Assembly: GCA_964650185.1 (NCBI GenBank)
Contig: CAZYRN010000001.1
Coordinates: 46,284-110,283, forward strand
Direction of reading: 5' to 3'
From: an uncultured Pseudomonadales bacterium
GTDB lineage: Bacteria; Patescibacteriota; Microgenomatia; UBA1400; PJMF01
DNA length: 64,000 nucleotides
The notes under the pieces are model-generated. The model was not told where the DNA came from. It did not search any database and saw only the letters and a list, made by a program, of their open reading frames with translations. Both the position numbers and the translations under genes were made by a program. Shown in pieces: positions 10,498-20,739 of this stretch (within the stretch, counting starts at the first letter, position 1; every line of letters starts with the position of its first letter).

Positions 10498-12183
10498 TTA
10501 TTTATTCACGACCTGCACTTGCCAAACTACTTCTCCTCTTAAATTTTCAATAGGGGAAGAAACATTACTTAAAGCGTAACCTAACCCGGTCAGATTCTCA
10601 GCAAAACCTGGAGATGAAACCAGAATAGCTTGATCGCTTTCCACGCTATTAGTACTATTTATAAATTTCATATTTTCGAAGCTGGTTAGCTCGCTTTGAT
10701 CTCGAGAACTTGTTGGTGCTGCTGCTTGAACACGCCTGGGATCAGTTTGAGAAAAGAACCAATAATACATGGCCGGCCGGCCGTATTCTCGAGTGATAAA
10801 AACTGGTAGATCTGGATACTCTTCCTGATAGCGATTAATCTCTGACACCATTTGTTGATAGCCATACTGCCATTCTTGACTGTAAAGTTTGGGATATACT
10901 TGGCTATAAAATCGCCAAAATATGCTTAGCTCAAGTAAATATCCCCCCAGCAGCGACACCATTACTACTTTTTTGATAACCGGCTGCTTAATAGTTTCCC
11001 ACAACCATAAGATCCCCATTGAGATCACTAGTAACAACACTGGCATCATGGGTAAAATTCTTAAAGCGTGCGGGGTCGCGTTAGTTAAAGCTGCTGGCAA
11101 CACCCCCACCACCGCCCAAACTAATAATACAAAATGTTCTGAGCGCCACCTCTTAAACAATGCAAAGATTCCCAAGACAAGCACAACGAACTCCAAGTGA
11201 TAAAGTTGTCCAAAATATTGAATGGAGTGACGAGGATTATTATCGCCAGCTACAAAAAGAAAGCTGCCGTGAAAATGAGTTAATGCATTGGTAAGAATTT
11301 CTTTGCCAAAGATCAAATAACGATGGTAAATAATTCTGGCCAAAATTGAATTGCCTGCTTCAGCTTTGAGCTGGTTGCTTTTTTCAATTAAGGCTAGATC
11401 AGAAAAAATACTTGTTTCAGCTAAGCGCTGCGATAATTGTGGAGTACCCATAGCTCTCAATAACGGAAGCAACATGATCAATGCCACTATTGCAGCTAGT
11501 GCTAGATATTTGAAGTTATCCCAACTTAATTTTTCTACGATTTTATTTTTTTCCTGCGCTCGATTATTAGATATAAGCATCAGCCACCAGCCAGCTAAAG
11601 TTAATCCCAGCAAGGGCGCTATTACTCGGGCTGCATGATAAGCGTACATTGACAAAGCCAATAGGACAGCTCCAGCAATCACCCATTTTTTGCCTTTAAA
11701 AAATAACACTACTCCCCACAAAATTAAGGCAGTCGCTAAATTAACTTCCCAACCCGCTCTTGAAAATTGAATTGCCCAAGGTGATATCGCCGTTACCACC
11801 ATAGCCACCAGCGCCAATCTTTCATCCTTAACTCTTTTGGCCAACTCACCCATACCCAACACAATCATCACTCCACTGAGCACGGCTGGTAATCTCACCG
11901 CCCATAAATTCAAACCCACCAGTTTAATAAACGGCACAATGCCATAAAAATAAAGTGACGGCTTCCAATCGCCAAATGACTCAAAAGCAACCACGGGCAG
12001 AAAATTCCCATGATGATCTAGACCAGTTTTTAAAATTGAGTAGGCGTCATAACCCAAAGCAGCTTCTTCCCAATAAAGAGACGGCGGAAATTTATCCAAG
12101 CCAACAATCCGCAACAGCAATGCTCCCAGCAGGATAATACCTGTTAGTAACCAATAATGCTGTTTAATAAATTTCAGATTCAT
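10498..12183 (-). CDS. GT-C membrane glycosyltransferase (PMT/ArnT-like)
   Basis: WEEAALGYDAYSILKTG...SFGDWKP, NPRHS, PHALR. Confidence 0.85.
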   Translation of the reverse strand: MNLKFIKQHYWLLTGIILLGALLLRIVGLDKFPPSLYWEEAALGYDAYSILKTGLDHHGNFLPVVAFESFGDWKPSLYFYGIVPFIKLVGLNLWAVRLPAVLSGVMIVLGMGELAKRVKDERLALVAMVVTAISPWAIQFSRAGWEVNLATALILWGVVLFFKGKKWVIAGAVLLALSMYAYHAARVIAPLLGLTLAGWWLMLISNNRAQEKNKIVEKLSWDNFKYLALAAIVALIMLLPLLRAMGTPQLSQRLAETSIFSDLALIEKSNQLKAEAGNSILARIIYHRYLIFGKEILTNALTHFHGSFLFVAGDNNPRHSIQYFGQLYHLEFVVLVLGIFALFKRWRSEHFVLLVWAVVGVLPAALTNATPHALRILPMMPVLLLVISMGILWLWETIKQPVIKKVVMVSLLGGYLLELSIFWRFYSQVYPKLYSQEWQYGYQQMVSEINRYQEEYPDLPVFITREYGRPAMYYWFFSQTDPRRVQAAAPTSSRDQSELTSFENMKFINSTNSVESDQAILVSSPGFAENLTGLGYALSNVSSPIENLRGEVVWQVQVVNK

Positions 12184-13783
12184 GAGCTGCTCTTATTTCA
12201 GTGGGTAGATATATCTTAAACCTAATGCTACCATCACTGCCATAGATAACTCGATCTGCAGCTTTAGTTGGCAGATCATCAGCACCACTGGCTACGACGA
12301 TAGTATGAGGGCGAAGTAAATCTCCTAAATTGATTTGATTAGTAAACTCATACTTATGTAGTGAGCCGCCTTGATACCAAATGGGATTAGTTTTTCTGAC
12401 AAACAGCGCATAGATGTAAGGCTGACCATAATCGTCAGCAAAAATAATTTTATCAACTTGTTCTTCATAAGCCCGAACATAGGTTAAGGCATCTAGGTAA
12501 CCTTCTTTAAAATCATCCGCCGAATTTTTGGCAAATACCTTGTAATAGTGCTGCTGATAACTGAGAAAAAACAAACCGTGAGCTAAAAATATCAGCCCAA
12601 TAACGGCAGCTTGAATTTGATTGGCCTGGCCACGAGTGCTTTTAATTTTCTGATTGAGTGGCCACTTATGAATTTGTTTGAGCCATAAATCAAAGCCTGT
12701 TACAGCCAATATTATAAACCCCGGTAGTGCTAATAAAGCTCGATTGCTATGCGGCACTTCTGAGCCAATTACTGCTGGCACTAAGCCAATAAAGATCCAT
12801 CCGCCTGCAAATAGTAGCAGTCGACGCCTGGTCTTAATCAAATAGTAGCTACCGACAATGACTAGTAGGAGCGTTGTGGGCAACAGCACTCCCCAAGTAC
12901 CAGGTCCATGACGCAGAGTAGTGGTCTCTCCAAAAATTAGAAATGCCGGTGACAGGTGCAACCAAAGATTTCTCAGCAAAGTGATGATTAATTCACTGCC
13001 GTTCAGTGAATCAAAAATAGTTACTCCAGCCCGTTCTAAGCCGTGTCCAACGAGCGCGTCTTTAATCAGAGGGTAGACTAAAACCAACCCCAACCCACCA
13101 CTTACCGCTACAACTTTTTTTCTATCCCAGAGTAGCTGTCGATATTTAATGAGCAACACTAAGCCAAATAACGGCACAAATACCTTGGTACTGTGATAGG
13201 TGTAAAGCGAAGCTGCCCACATGACTACGCTGCCTAGTAAATAAAGGCTGGTCTTCAGCTGGCTTGTTTTTGAGTTAATAAATTTAAAGAAAAAATAACT
13301 GCCCCAAATAATCATCGTCAATGCTAAACCAGATTCAAAGCCAGCTCGGGAAAAGTGGAGATGCCAGGGACTGAGTGCCAGCAACCACCCCGCTGCTAGA
13401 GATAAAGCCTGGTTTTTGGTTAATTCCAGCGTCAGCAGCATCATGCCCCAAACTGCTAGAACTCCGCCAATCACAAACGGCACTCGCACCGCGGTTAAGT
13501 TCATACCTAGAGCAAAAGTAAAGATGCCATTTAAATAGATGGCCAGAGGCGCTTTATAATCTCCGAATGATCTAAAAGAGACCGGCAGTCTTTGCAGCCA
13601 CTCGTCTCGTCCTGTTTCTAAAATTGCATAACCATTGTAGCCAATGGCGGCTTCATCCCAAGTCATCCCTGCCGGCACCTTGCCTAACTGATAAAGTCTT
13701 AATCCAAGAGCCAATAGAATGATCAAAATTGCCCATAACTTGTACCATTTTTTGGTCAATAAAAAAGACATCTTTAACATCAT
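12164..13783 (-). CDS. GT-C membrane glycosyltransferase (PMT/ArnT-like)
   Basis: WDEAAIGYNGYAILETGRDEW...SFGDYKAP, LRHG, PHSNR. Confidence 0.85.
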   Translation of the reverse strand: MMLKMSFLLTKKWYKLWAILIILLALGLRLYQLGKVPAGMTWDEAAIGYNGYAILETGRDEWLQRLPVSFRSFGDYKAPLAIYLNGIFTFALGMNLTAVRVPFVIGGVLAVWGMMLLTLELTKNQALSLAAGWLLALSPWHLHFSRAGFESGLALTMIIWGSYFFFKFINSKTSQLKTSLYLLGSVVMWAASLYTYHSTKVFVPLFGLVLLIKYRQLLWDRKKVVAVSGGLGLVLVYPLIKDALVGHGLERAGVTIFDSLNGSELIITLLRNLWLHLSPAFLIFGETTTLRHGPGTWGVLLPTTLLLVIVGSYYLIKTRRRLLLFAGGWIFIGLVPAVIGSEVPHSNRALLALPGFIILAVTGFDLWLKQIHKWPLNQKIKSTRGQANQIQAAVIGLIFLAHGLFFLSYQQHYYKVFAKNSADDFKEGYLDALTYVRAYEEQVDKIIFADDYGQPYIYALFVRKTNPIWYQGGSLHKYEFTNQINLGDLLRPHTIVVASGADDLPTKAADRVIYGSDGSIRFKIYLPTEIRAAHESEIY

Positions 13784-13864
13784 ATCATGACACTAAAATA
13801 ACTCTAATCTTACTCGCATGCTTAGTCTCTGCTATAGTTAAATCAGTATCAAAAAAAGCAACAT

Positions 13865-14926
13865 ATGAACTACCAAGAAATTATTGATCTCTTAGGTGAA
13901 GAAGCAGATTCTTTACTTAATCATACCTGTCAAACTATTACTAAAGACCAGATTCATCAGCCGAATGCCAATCATGTGAATCAAGTATTTGGCCAAAGTG
14001 ATCGTTCCAAAGCTGTTAAAAATAACTTAAAAAGACTCTACCTATCCGGACGGCTGGGCAGCACTGGCTATTTATCAATTTTTCCAGTCGATCAAGGCGT
14101 TGAACATACCGCTGGTTACTCATTTGCCCAAAATCCGCTATATTTTGATCCAGAAAATATTGTGAAGCTGGCGGTGGAGGCAGAGTGCAGCGCTGTTGCT
14201 TCCACTTTGGGAGTGCTGAGCCTGGTTTCACATCGGTATGCTGCCAAAATTCCGTTTATTGTTAAGCTCAATCACAATGAACTGTTAACTTATCCTAATG
14301 AGCCTGATCAAGTCATGTTTGCTCAAGTTAAACAAGCAGCTGAAATGGGAGCAGCCGGTGTTGGCGCCACAATTTACTTTGGTTCTCCTCAGTCACGGCG
14401 TCAGATTCAAGAAGTGTCAGCAGCTTTTTATGAAGCTCATCAGCTGGGCCTGTTTACTGTTTTATGGTGTTATCCAAGAAATAAAGAATGGCAGATACAA
14501 GGTGAGGACTATGAAACTTCTGCTGACATCACCGGCCAAGCTATTTATTTAGGAGCTACCTTAGGTGCTGATTTAGTTAAACAAAAATTGCCCACTGCTA
14601 ATCTTCAATCTTTTGAACAGCTGAAATTTGCGAAACACTCACCTGAACAGTATCAGCAGTTATTATCAGACCATCCCATTGATCAAGTTCGCTATCAGGT
14701 TGCCAATGCTTTTATGGGCAAGATTGGGTTAGTTAATTCTGGTGGAGGCAGTGCTGGCGATGAAGATTTGATGCTGGCTATTCGCACCGCCGTGATTAAT
14801 AAACGCGGTGGGGGCACTGGTTTAATTATGGGTCGGAAAGTCTTTAATCGGCCATTTGAAAAAGGAGTCGCGTTGGTCAGAGCAGTTCAAGACGTTTATT
14901 TAGAAGATCAAGTCACCATCGCTTAG
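13865..14926 (+). CDS. fbaB: Class I fructose-bisphosphate aldolase
   Basis: GYLSIFPVDQGVEH, KLNHNELL, GATIYFGS, ADLVKQK, NKRGGGTGLIMGRK. Confidence 0.95.
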   Translation: MNYQEIIDLLGEEADSLLNHTCQTITKDQIHQPNANHVNQVFGQSDRSKAVKNNLKRLYLSGRLGSTGYLSIFPVDQGVEHTAGYSFAQNPLYFDPENIVKLAVEAECSAVASTLGVLSLVSHRYAAKIPFIVKLNHNELLTYPNEPDQVMFAQVKQAAEMGAAGVGATIYFGSPQSRRQIQEVSAAFYEAHQLGLFTVLWCYPRNKEWQIQGEDYETSADITGQAIYLGATLGADLVKQKLPTANLQSFEQLKFAKHSPEQYQQLLSDHPIDQVRYQVANAFMGKIGLVNSGGGSAGDEDLMLAIRTAVINKRGGGTGLIMGRKVFNRPFEKGVALVRAVQDVYLEDQVTIA

Positions 14927-14939
14927 TTAGATGTTTTGG

Positions 14940-15569
14940 CTAGGATGTTCCTGCAGAGCTAAGATGTTTCTGCAGAGTTAAAAAAGCTTGTCGTCGATGT
15001 GAGAGCTTGTTTTTGATATTCATACCCAATTCAGCAAAAGTAAGTTCATAACCTGAGGGAATGAAAACAAAATCGTAGCCAAAGCCAGCAAGATTTAAAT
15101 CTGCAACTTGTTGAGCGATTACCCCATTAACCCTACCCACAAAAAAGTTTTGCTCTCCTGTGTCGGGCTGATAAAGACATAATACAGACTGAAAGTGGGC
15201 TGAGCGATCCGCTATTCCCTTCAATTCATCTAACAGTTTTTGATTTCTCTCTGGAGTAGATGCACCATAACGAGCAGAGTGAATACCAGGTCTTCCTTCT
15301 AAAGCATTAACAAACAGACCTGAGTCTTCAGCTACAGTAATAATTTGAGCCTCATCTCCATAAACCTGTGCTTTTATGGCTGCATTTTCTTGAAGCGTCT
15401 CACCTGTTTCTGCGACATCTTTAACTAAAAGTTGCGGATAGTCAGCTAAAGATTTTAGCGATACCCAATTACCCAACAGCGCCTGAGCTTCAGCAAATTT
15501 ACCTTGATTAGTAGTAGCAAAGAGCAACTCAAGAGGAGCTGAAGTTGAATTGGCCAGAGGCTGCTTCAT
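14940..15569 (-). CDS. rdgB: Non-canonical purine NTP pyrophosphatase (Ham1/RdgB)
   Basis: FATTNQGK, EDSGL, PGIHSARY, GFGYD, SHR. Confidence 0.95.
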   Translation of the reverse strand: MKQPLANSTSAPLELLFATTNQGKFAEAQALLGNWVSLKSLADYPQLLVKDVAETGETLQENAAIKAQVYGDEAQIITVAEDSGLFVNALEGRPGIHSARYGASTPERNQKLLDELKGIADRSAHFQSVLCLYQPDTGEQNFFVGRVNGVIAQQVADLNLAGFGYDFVFIPSGYELTFAELGMNIKNKLSHRRQAFLTLQKHLSSAGTS

Positions 15570-15581
15570 GGAGCAATAAAA

Positions 15582-15869
15582 TTAATTGCCGCCACCACCC
15601 AGCATACCGCCCAGACCACCACTCATATTTTGCAGCTTTTTAGCGGCAGCTTCTTGAGATTTCTTAATGGCTTTATTCAGTACTTCTACCGCTTCATTGC
15701 TGGTGATACCTTGAACGGAAAAGTGCTTAATCTTCTGATCACCAGAAATTACAACGACAATGTCGCCTTCTTCTACTCGAATTTCCTCTGCAGCTAACTC
15801 AGCCTGCATTTGCTTTGCCTGCTTGCGCAGCTGATTCAGATCACCGAGTGCTTTTAATGGATTGGCCAT
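15582..15869 (-). CDS. ybaB: YbaB/EbfC nucleoid-associated protein
   Basis: QAKQMQAEL...VVISGDQKI pattern; directly downstream of dnaX. Confidence 0.85.
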   Translation of the reverse strand: MANPLKALGDLNQLRKQAKQMQAELAAEEIRVEEGDIVVVISGDQKIKHFSVQGITSNEAVEVLNKAIKKSQEAAAKKLQNMSGGLGGMLGGGGN

Positions 15870-15913
15870 GATATTTCTCCTTCTAAATTACTTTCCTTGA
15901 ATAATCTATTCTA

Positions 15914-17545
15914 CTACACCAGCACTTCTTCAGCTAGCGCGGCCAGATTTTGGTCAGATTTAGTCTCCGCCAGCTCAGCAGTTTGGGGAGGAGTTGTTAA
16001 GACATATTTTAACTCAACCTCGCCTTGAGCGATTGGAGCTGCACAAGCTAGGATCATCTCCTGAAACTTAGGCTGCTCGAGTTGTTCTTTATGAAACTTG
16101 TAAAAAACAGCCACTTCAGCTGTCCCATTGACACCCTTAACCGGTTTAGCTGATCTTAATAAGGCTTCTAAAGTCATATTTTTTTCTTTAACAGCTGTCA
16201 ATAGTTTTGACCAGTTCTTAATTAAGAGTCGACTATCGCCATGCTGACCGCTTTTTGGTAAGTCATCTTTTTTCAATGCATCATCATTTTTTGGTGTGGC
16301 AGGGGAGACTAGAGAAGAATTATTGGTAGGCTCTGCTGCTGAAACTGCCGGCTCAGTTGTTGCAATATGGCGTCGTTTGGACCCTGGCTTCGAATGTCTA
16401 CCTTGACCCTCTTGTCCGCTGCGGTGCAAATCATTTCTACTACTTCCGCTGTTACCACCACTCGGCGTGTTTTTATTATTAGCGCGGCTAATCAGCTCTA
16501 AAGACAGCAATTCTAGTTGAAGATGAGCAATAGGTGACTCTTGAAAAGTGACCTGATTAAACTCTTTTAACAAAAAAAGAGCCACCGCTTTATTAATGAC
16601 TGCTTCTCCAGAGATTAAACCAAGATTCTGCATCAGTTGATGATGCAAGTAGTTCAAAAATGACTTGAAGAAGTATTTTTCATCAACACTTTCAGCTCGC
16701 AGCTCCGCAAAAATCTGCCCTACTCTACTCTCGTCTTTTTCTACGATTGCTTGAACTAGTGCCTCAGTGTGCTGATTGACACTGCTTGAAAGCACTTCTT
16801 GAGCTTTGGCAGCTGTCACCGCCTTACCTACGGCTACCATTTCCAGCAATTTCACTGCATCTCTAAAACTGCCATCAGCTTGGTTAACGATCATGTCTAA
16901 AGCCTCAGCCTCAGGTTTAATCTTTTCGCTTTTCAAGACATCGGTTAAAGCAGCTTTTAGTTCATCTCGAGTGGCTTTACGAAAATGAATGGTCGTACAG
17001 CGAGATTTAATCGTATCAGGAATTTTATGCAGTTCGGTAGTGGCCAGAATAAAAACAACATGTGCTGGCGGCTCTTCCATAATTTTTAACAGAGCATTAA
17101 AAGCGGCAGTAGTCAGCATGTGAGCTTCATCTAGAATATAGACGGTCATCTTTCCTTCTTGAGGAGGCAAAGCAATTCGTTCTTTAAGATTTCTGATATC
17201 GTCTATGCCGCGATTGCTGGCCGCATCTAGCTCTTGAACCACAAATGAGTGGCCATTGAAAATGGAATTATTAAACTGACTTTCTTGATTCGGCTCCTGA
17301 TACTGAGCATGTTTGGGTTTTTTCTTGCCAAAGAACTGGTAATCTACTAAATCATGATTGGCTTCATCATTTAAAATAGCGCCAATAATTCTGGCGGAAG
17401 ACGTCTTGCCCGTGCCTTTTGGGCCAGCAAATAGCATCACCTGCGGCAGCTGACCTCGTTCCATGAACTGCTGCAACGTGGTCCGGACACTTTCTAGATG
17501 CAGTTGGGATACTTGAGTAGGACGATGTAAGCGATGCCAGCTCAT
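15914..17545 (-). CDS. dnaX: DNA polymerase III subunit gamma/tau
   Basis: GPKGTGKTS, ELDAASNRGIDDIR, LDEAHMLT, NALLK, SRC. Confidence 0.95.
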   Translation of the reverse strand: MSWHRLHRPTQVSQLHLESVRTTLQQFMERGQLPQVMLFAGPKGTGKTSSARIIGAILNDEANHDLVDYQFFGKKKPKHAQYQEPNQESQFNNSIFNGHSFVVQELDAASNRGIDDIRNLKERIALPPQEGKMTVYILDEAHMLTTAAFNALLKIMEEPPAHVVFILATTELHKIPDTIKSRCTTIHFRKATRDELKAALTDVLKSEKIKPEAEALDMIVNQADGSFRDAVKLLEMVAVGKAVTAAKAQEVLSSSVNQHTEALVQAIVEKDESRVGQIFAELRAESVDEKYFFKSFLNYLHHQLMQNLGLISGEAVINKAVALFLLKEFNQVTFQESPIAHLQLELLSLELISRANNKNTPSGGNSGSSRNDLHRSGQEGQGRHSKPGSKRRHIATTEPAVSAAEPTNNSSLVSPATPKNDDALKKDDLPKSGQHGDSRLLIKNWSKLLTAVKEKNMTLEALLRSAKPVKGVNGTAEVAVFYKFHKEQLEQPKFQEMILACAAPIAQGEVELKYVLTTPPQTAELAETKSDQNLAALAEEVLV

Positions 17546-17546
17546 A

Positions 17547-17936
17547 TTATTCGTGATGGTAACCTAGTAAATGCATTAAACCATGCTCTAAATAAAAGAC
17601 AATTTGATCATCCACCATTCGGCCGAAGCGACGCGCCGTACTTACCGCCACGGGAAAACAGATGACCACATCACCTAAATGCGGCGGCATCCCTTCTGGT
17701 AGCGGAAAATCTTCCAACTGCTTTTTCTCATGCTGAGGAAAAGAAAGCACATCAGTAATACCCTCGTGCTTTAATTGTCCCTCATTGAGCTGTTTAATTT
17801 TTCTTTTGCCAACAATGGAAACATCAACCATGGCATGATCAACGCCTTTATCCTTTAAAAACTCCTGAACTCGAGAGCGGATCAGCTTGCGGTTGACTGG
17901 ATAGCGAGAACCCACAAAAAGGTTAGTTTGGATCAT
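17547..17936 (-). CDS. ybeY: rRNA maturation endoribonuclease YbeY
   Basis: TDVLSFP, LGDVVI, HGLMHLLGYHH. Confidence 0.92.
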   Translation of the reverse strand: MIQTNLFVGSRYPVNRKLIRSRVQEFLKDKGVDHAMVDVSIVGKRKIKQLNEGQLKHEGITDVLSFPQHEKKQLEDFPLPEGMPPHLGDVVICFPVAVSTARRFGRMVDDQIVFYLEHGLMHLLGYHHE

Positions 17937-18321
17937 GGTTAGATAGATTTCCAGCTAAATAATTAAGAACTTCCTCAATTTTAGCATTGAATTTCTCAGG
18001 TAAAGTTGCAATTGGTGCAGAAGTACCTGATTCTAAATTAGCACCATGCTGAAAAAGCGACTGAAAATATGCTTTTCGCTCATCTGCTGGCAGAACAAGC
18101 ATTGTTTGAATTGCTTCATTGCCTAATGCTTCAATTACCATTGATGAAAGTTCTAAACTGAGGAGATCATTTAATGTGTGGCGAAATTCTGCTTTCTCTT
18201 CAGGATTTGCTAACTCAGCAACAGCCTCTTCAATTTTTGCAGCATATTCTTGATCCAGCATCAGTTTAGAATCAACGACTGCCCTCAGCTCTACTGAAAT
18301 TTCTGGTCTCTGCTCATTCAT
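17923..18321 (-). CDS. Hypothetical acidic helical protein
   Basis: 132-aa ORF overlapping both neighbours in an operon-like arrangement. Confidence 0.6.
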   Translation of the reverse strand: MNEQRPEISVELRAVVDSKLMLDQEYAAKIEEAVAELANPEEKAEFRHTLNDLLSLELSSMVIEALGNEAIQTMLVLPADERKAYFQSLFQHGANLESGTSAPIATLPEKFNAKIEEVLNYLAGNLSNHDPN

Positions 18322-19267
18322 CTTGTACCTCCTCTGCTAACTGCTGGGTATACTCTAAACTAATGGGACCAAGCGGCACTTTATCTTCTGGATCGTCAAC
18401 AAAAAACAATAGCACCCGACCTCGAGAATTTGGACTCCAAATTTTACCTTCCCGAATCACTTCTGGAGACCCGCCAAACTGCTTCTGTACCCATTGAGCT
18501 GGACCGGCATCTCCCACTACCCCCACCACCGCCACCTTTTCAGCCGGATTAATGGCGACCATTTTGCGGAATTGGTAAAAAGGCTTAAGAATTTGATGAT
18601 TAGTATTCCAATCTGGTAGATATAGAGTCTGAACGGCAAAGTAGTATTTCTCCCTCATGATGGCTTTTTCTGTCAGCTCACCGCTCTCTGTAAACCAACC
18701 AAAAGCGCCGCGATTGGGAGCAATACCTGCCTCTAAATAAGCATCATGCTGACCCAATGTATCTCCTGGAAATCTAATTAAGTGCTGCTCACCGCCCATA
18801 ATCCCGATCGTATGATTAAGCCGGTGAGATTCAAGCTCGGCCGTGACTTCAAAGCCCAAGATCTCAGATAGCTGCTGTTCCAGATAAAGTTCGGTTTCTT
18901 GATCCATGTGACCAGGCGGCATTTTCACTATACTGTTCAGCTTGTTCATAATCTCAGCGTGTTCTTCAGCTGTGACTGCCGAGAGCAGCTCGTCTTCTTC
19001 TTTTTCTATTGCTCGGACTTGCTGAAATTGATAATTCTGCTGAGGACTATTTAAAACGACTGTGCCGGCTAATGAAGCAGCCGCTAGTAACTGCTGAGAG
19101 GTCATTTTTAAATCATCAAGCGTCAGATTGCGATCTTGCATCCACAATAACAGCTCACTGTGTTTTTCTTTAAATTCAGCTTCGACCTGTTGGTAGAGCT
19201 GGTTTAGTTTTGCAAGAGAGTTATTTCCAGCAGCTGTGACAGCATTGCTCATAGCACCATTATGCAA
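18314..19267 (-). CDS. Hypothetical protein, possible RlpA-like double-psi beta-barrel C-terminal domain
   Basis: KMVAINP...VVGVVGDAGP...GGSPEV resembles the DPBB D-x-G-P motif; coupled to gltX. Confidence 0.55.
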   Translation of the reverse strand: MHNGAMSNAVTAAGNNSLAKLNQLYQQVEAEFKEKHSELLLWMQDRNLTLDDLKMTSQQLLAAASLAGTVVLNSPQQNYQFQQVRAIEKEEDELLSAVTAEEHAEIMNKLNSIVKMPPGHMDQETELYLEQQLSEILGFEVTAELESHRLNHTIGIMGGEQHLIRFPGDTLGQHDAYLEAGIAPNRGAFGWFTESGELTEKAIMREKYYFAVQTLYLPDWNTNHQILKPFYQFRKMVAINPAEKVAVVGVVGDAGPAQWVQKQFGGSPEVIREGKIWSPNSRGRVLLFFVDDPEDKVPLGPISLEYTQQLAEEVQDE

Positions 19268-20705
19268 CGAGTTGAGCTGATTTTTCTAGACGAGTTATTA
19301 TCTCGTCCTTGCCCAAGGCGTGAATGGTCTCAAAAAGAGGCGGCGAGACCTTGCTGCCAGTGGCAGCAATCCGCAACATCATAAAATATTGACCTTTTTT
19401 CCAGTCGTGTTGTTCTTGCAGCTGGCGAACAGATTGTTCTATAGCATCCACTGTCCACTCATCCAGCCTGTTTAAGGTTGCTACGGTCTCTCCCAGCTGG
19501 GCTTTAACTTGCTTCGCTGTAGATTTTTTGAGCAGTAAAGCTGGATCGGGAGAAATGTCACGGTAGAAAAAGTGAGTGAGCTCTTCGATATCGTTTAATA
19601 CTTCCAGTCTCTCATGAATCAGCGGTAAGATTAGTTCAGCTTTATCTCGAGGAAAGTCATCCGGATAAAACTTTGTTAGCTGCTGATCCAGTTCTGTTAA
19701 AGTCAACTTTCTAATGTAAACTCCGTTGAGCCAGCGCAGCTTTTGCAGATCAAAGATCACTGATTTGGCACTGATTCCAGCTGGATCAAACTCCTGAATG
19801 TATTCTTCCAAGGTTAACAGCTCCCGCTGATCCTGAGGAGTCCAACCTAAAATCATAAAGAAGTTCAGCATTGCCTCAGGTAAAAACCCTCTTTCCAAAA
19901 ATGAGCGGGCCGAAACTGTGCCTTTCCGCTTACTCATCTTGCCTTTGCCGTCAGGGTTTAAAAAGACAGGCAGATGAGTATAAATAGGAGGCTCCCAACC
20001 AAAAGCTTGATAAAGCAATATGTGCTTGGGAGTGGAACTAATCCATTCCTCACCTCTCATGATATGGCTAATCTTCATTAAATGATCATCCACTACCACC
20101 GCTAAATGATAGGTGGGGAAACCATCTGATTTCATTAAAACTTGATCATCAACTTCGCTGGAATGAAAAGTAATCTCACCTCTTATGAGATCGGTAAAAC
20201 TAATTTGCTGATCATCAGGCACTTTCAGTCTGATCACGTATGGCTCGCCTGCAGCCAACTTAGCTTGAACTTCCTCAGAGCCTAAATTTAAACAGTGCCG
20301 GTCATACTTGGGAGGAGTTTTAGCAGCGCGACTGGCTTCTCTTACTTCTTCTAGTCTTTCTTTTGAGCAAAAACAGTAATAGGCAGCACCTTTTTCGATT
20401 AACTCTTGAGCTTTTTCTTGATAAATATCCAATCTCTCCGACTGAACATATGGTCCATACTCGCCGCCAACATCAGGACCTTCATCCCAGCTTAAACCGT
20501 AGTCTTTAATAATCTGATAAATTTCCTCAACCGCACCCGGCACCAATCTCATCTGATCAGTATCTTCAATGCGCAATACAAACTTGCCACCATGTTTTTT
20601 GGCAAAAGCATAATTTTTCAAAAGAGTAGCCATGCTACCGACGTGGATATCGCCAGTGGGACTGGGAGCCATTCTGGTGCGAACGAGTTGATCCTGATTT
20701 GTCAT
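19260..20705 (-). CDS. gltX: Glutamate--tRNA ligase
   Basis: RTRMAPSPTGDIHVGS, LRIEDTD, YYCFCS, RGEEW, KMSKR. Confidence 0.97.
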   Translation of the reverse strand: MTNQDQLVRTRMAPSPTGDIHVGSMATLLKNYAFAKKHGGKFVLRIEDTDQMRLVPGAVEEIYQIIKDYGLSWDEGPDVGGEYGPYVQSERLDIYQEKAQELIEKGAAYYCFCSKERLEEVREASRAAKTPPKYDRHCLNLGSEEVQAKLAAGEPYVIRLKVPDDQQISFTDLIRGEITFHSSEVDDQVLMKSDGFPTYHLAVVVDDHLMKISHIMRGEEWISSTPKHILLYQAFGWEPPIYTHLPVFLNPDGKGKMSKRKGTVSARSFLERGFLPEAMLNFFMILGWTPQDQRELLTLEEYIQEFDPAGISAKSVIFDLQKLRWLNGVYIRKLTLTELDQQLTKFYPDDFPRDKAELILPLIHERLEVLNDIEELTHFFYRDISPDPALLLKKSTAKQVKAQLGETVATLNRLDEWTVDAIEQSVRQLQEQHDWKKGQYFMMLRIAATGSKVSPPLFETIHALGKDEIITRLEKSAQLVA

Positions 20706-20739
20706 GAGGTAATTATACCAAGCTAATTTGATTTCCGGT

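Noticed and set aside
16267-16273. dnaX -1 frameshift heptamer AAAAAAG in the linker region
   Set aside because: It is phased AAA AAA G rather than A AAA AAG, and no clear stimulatory hairpin was seen.
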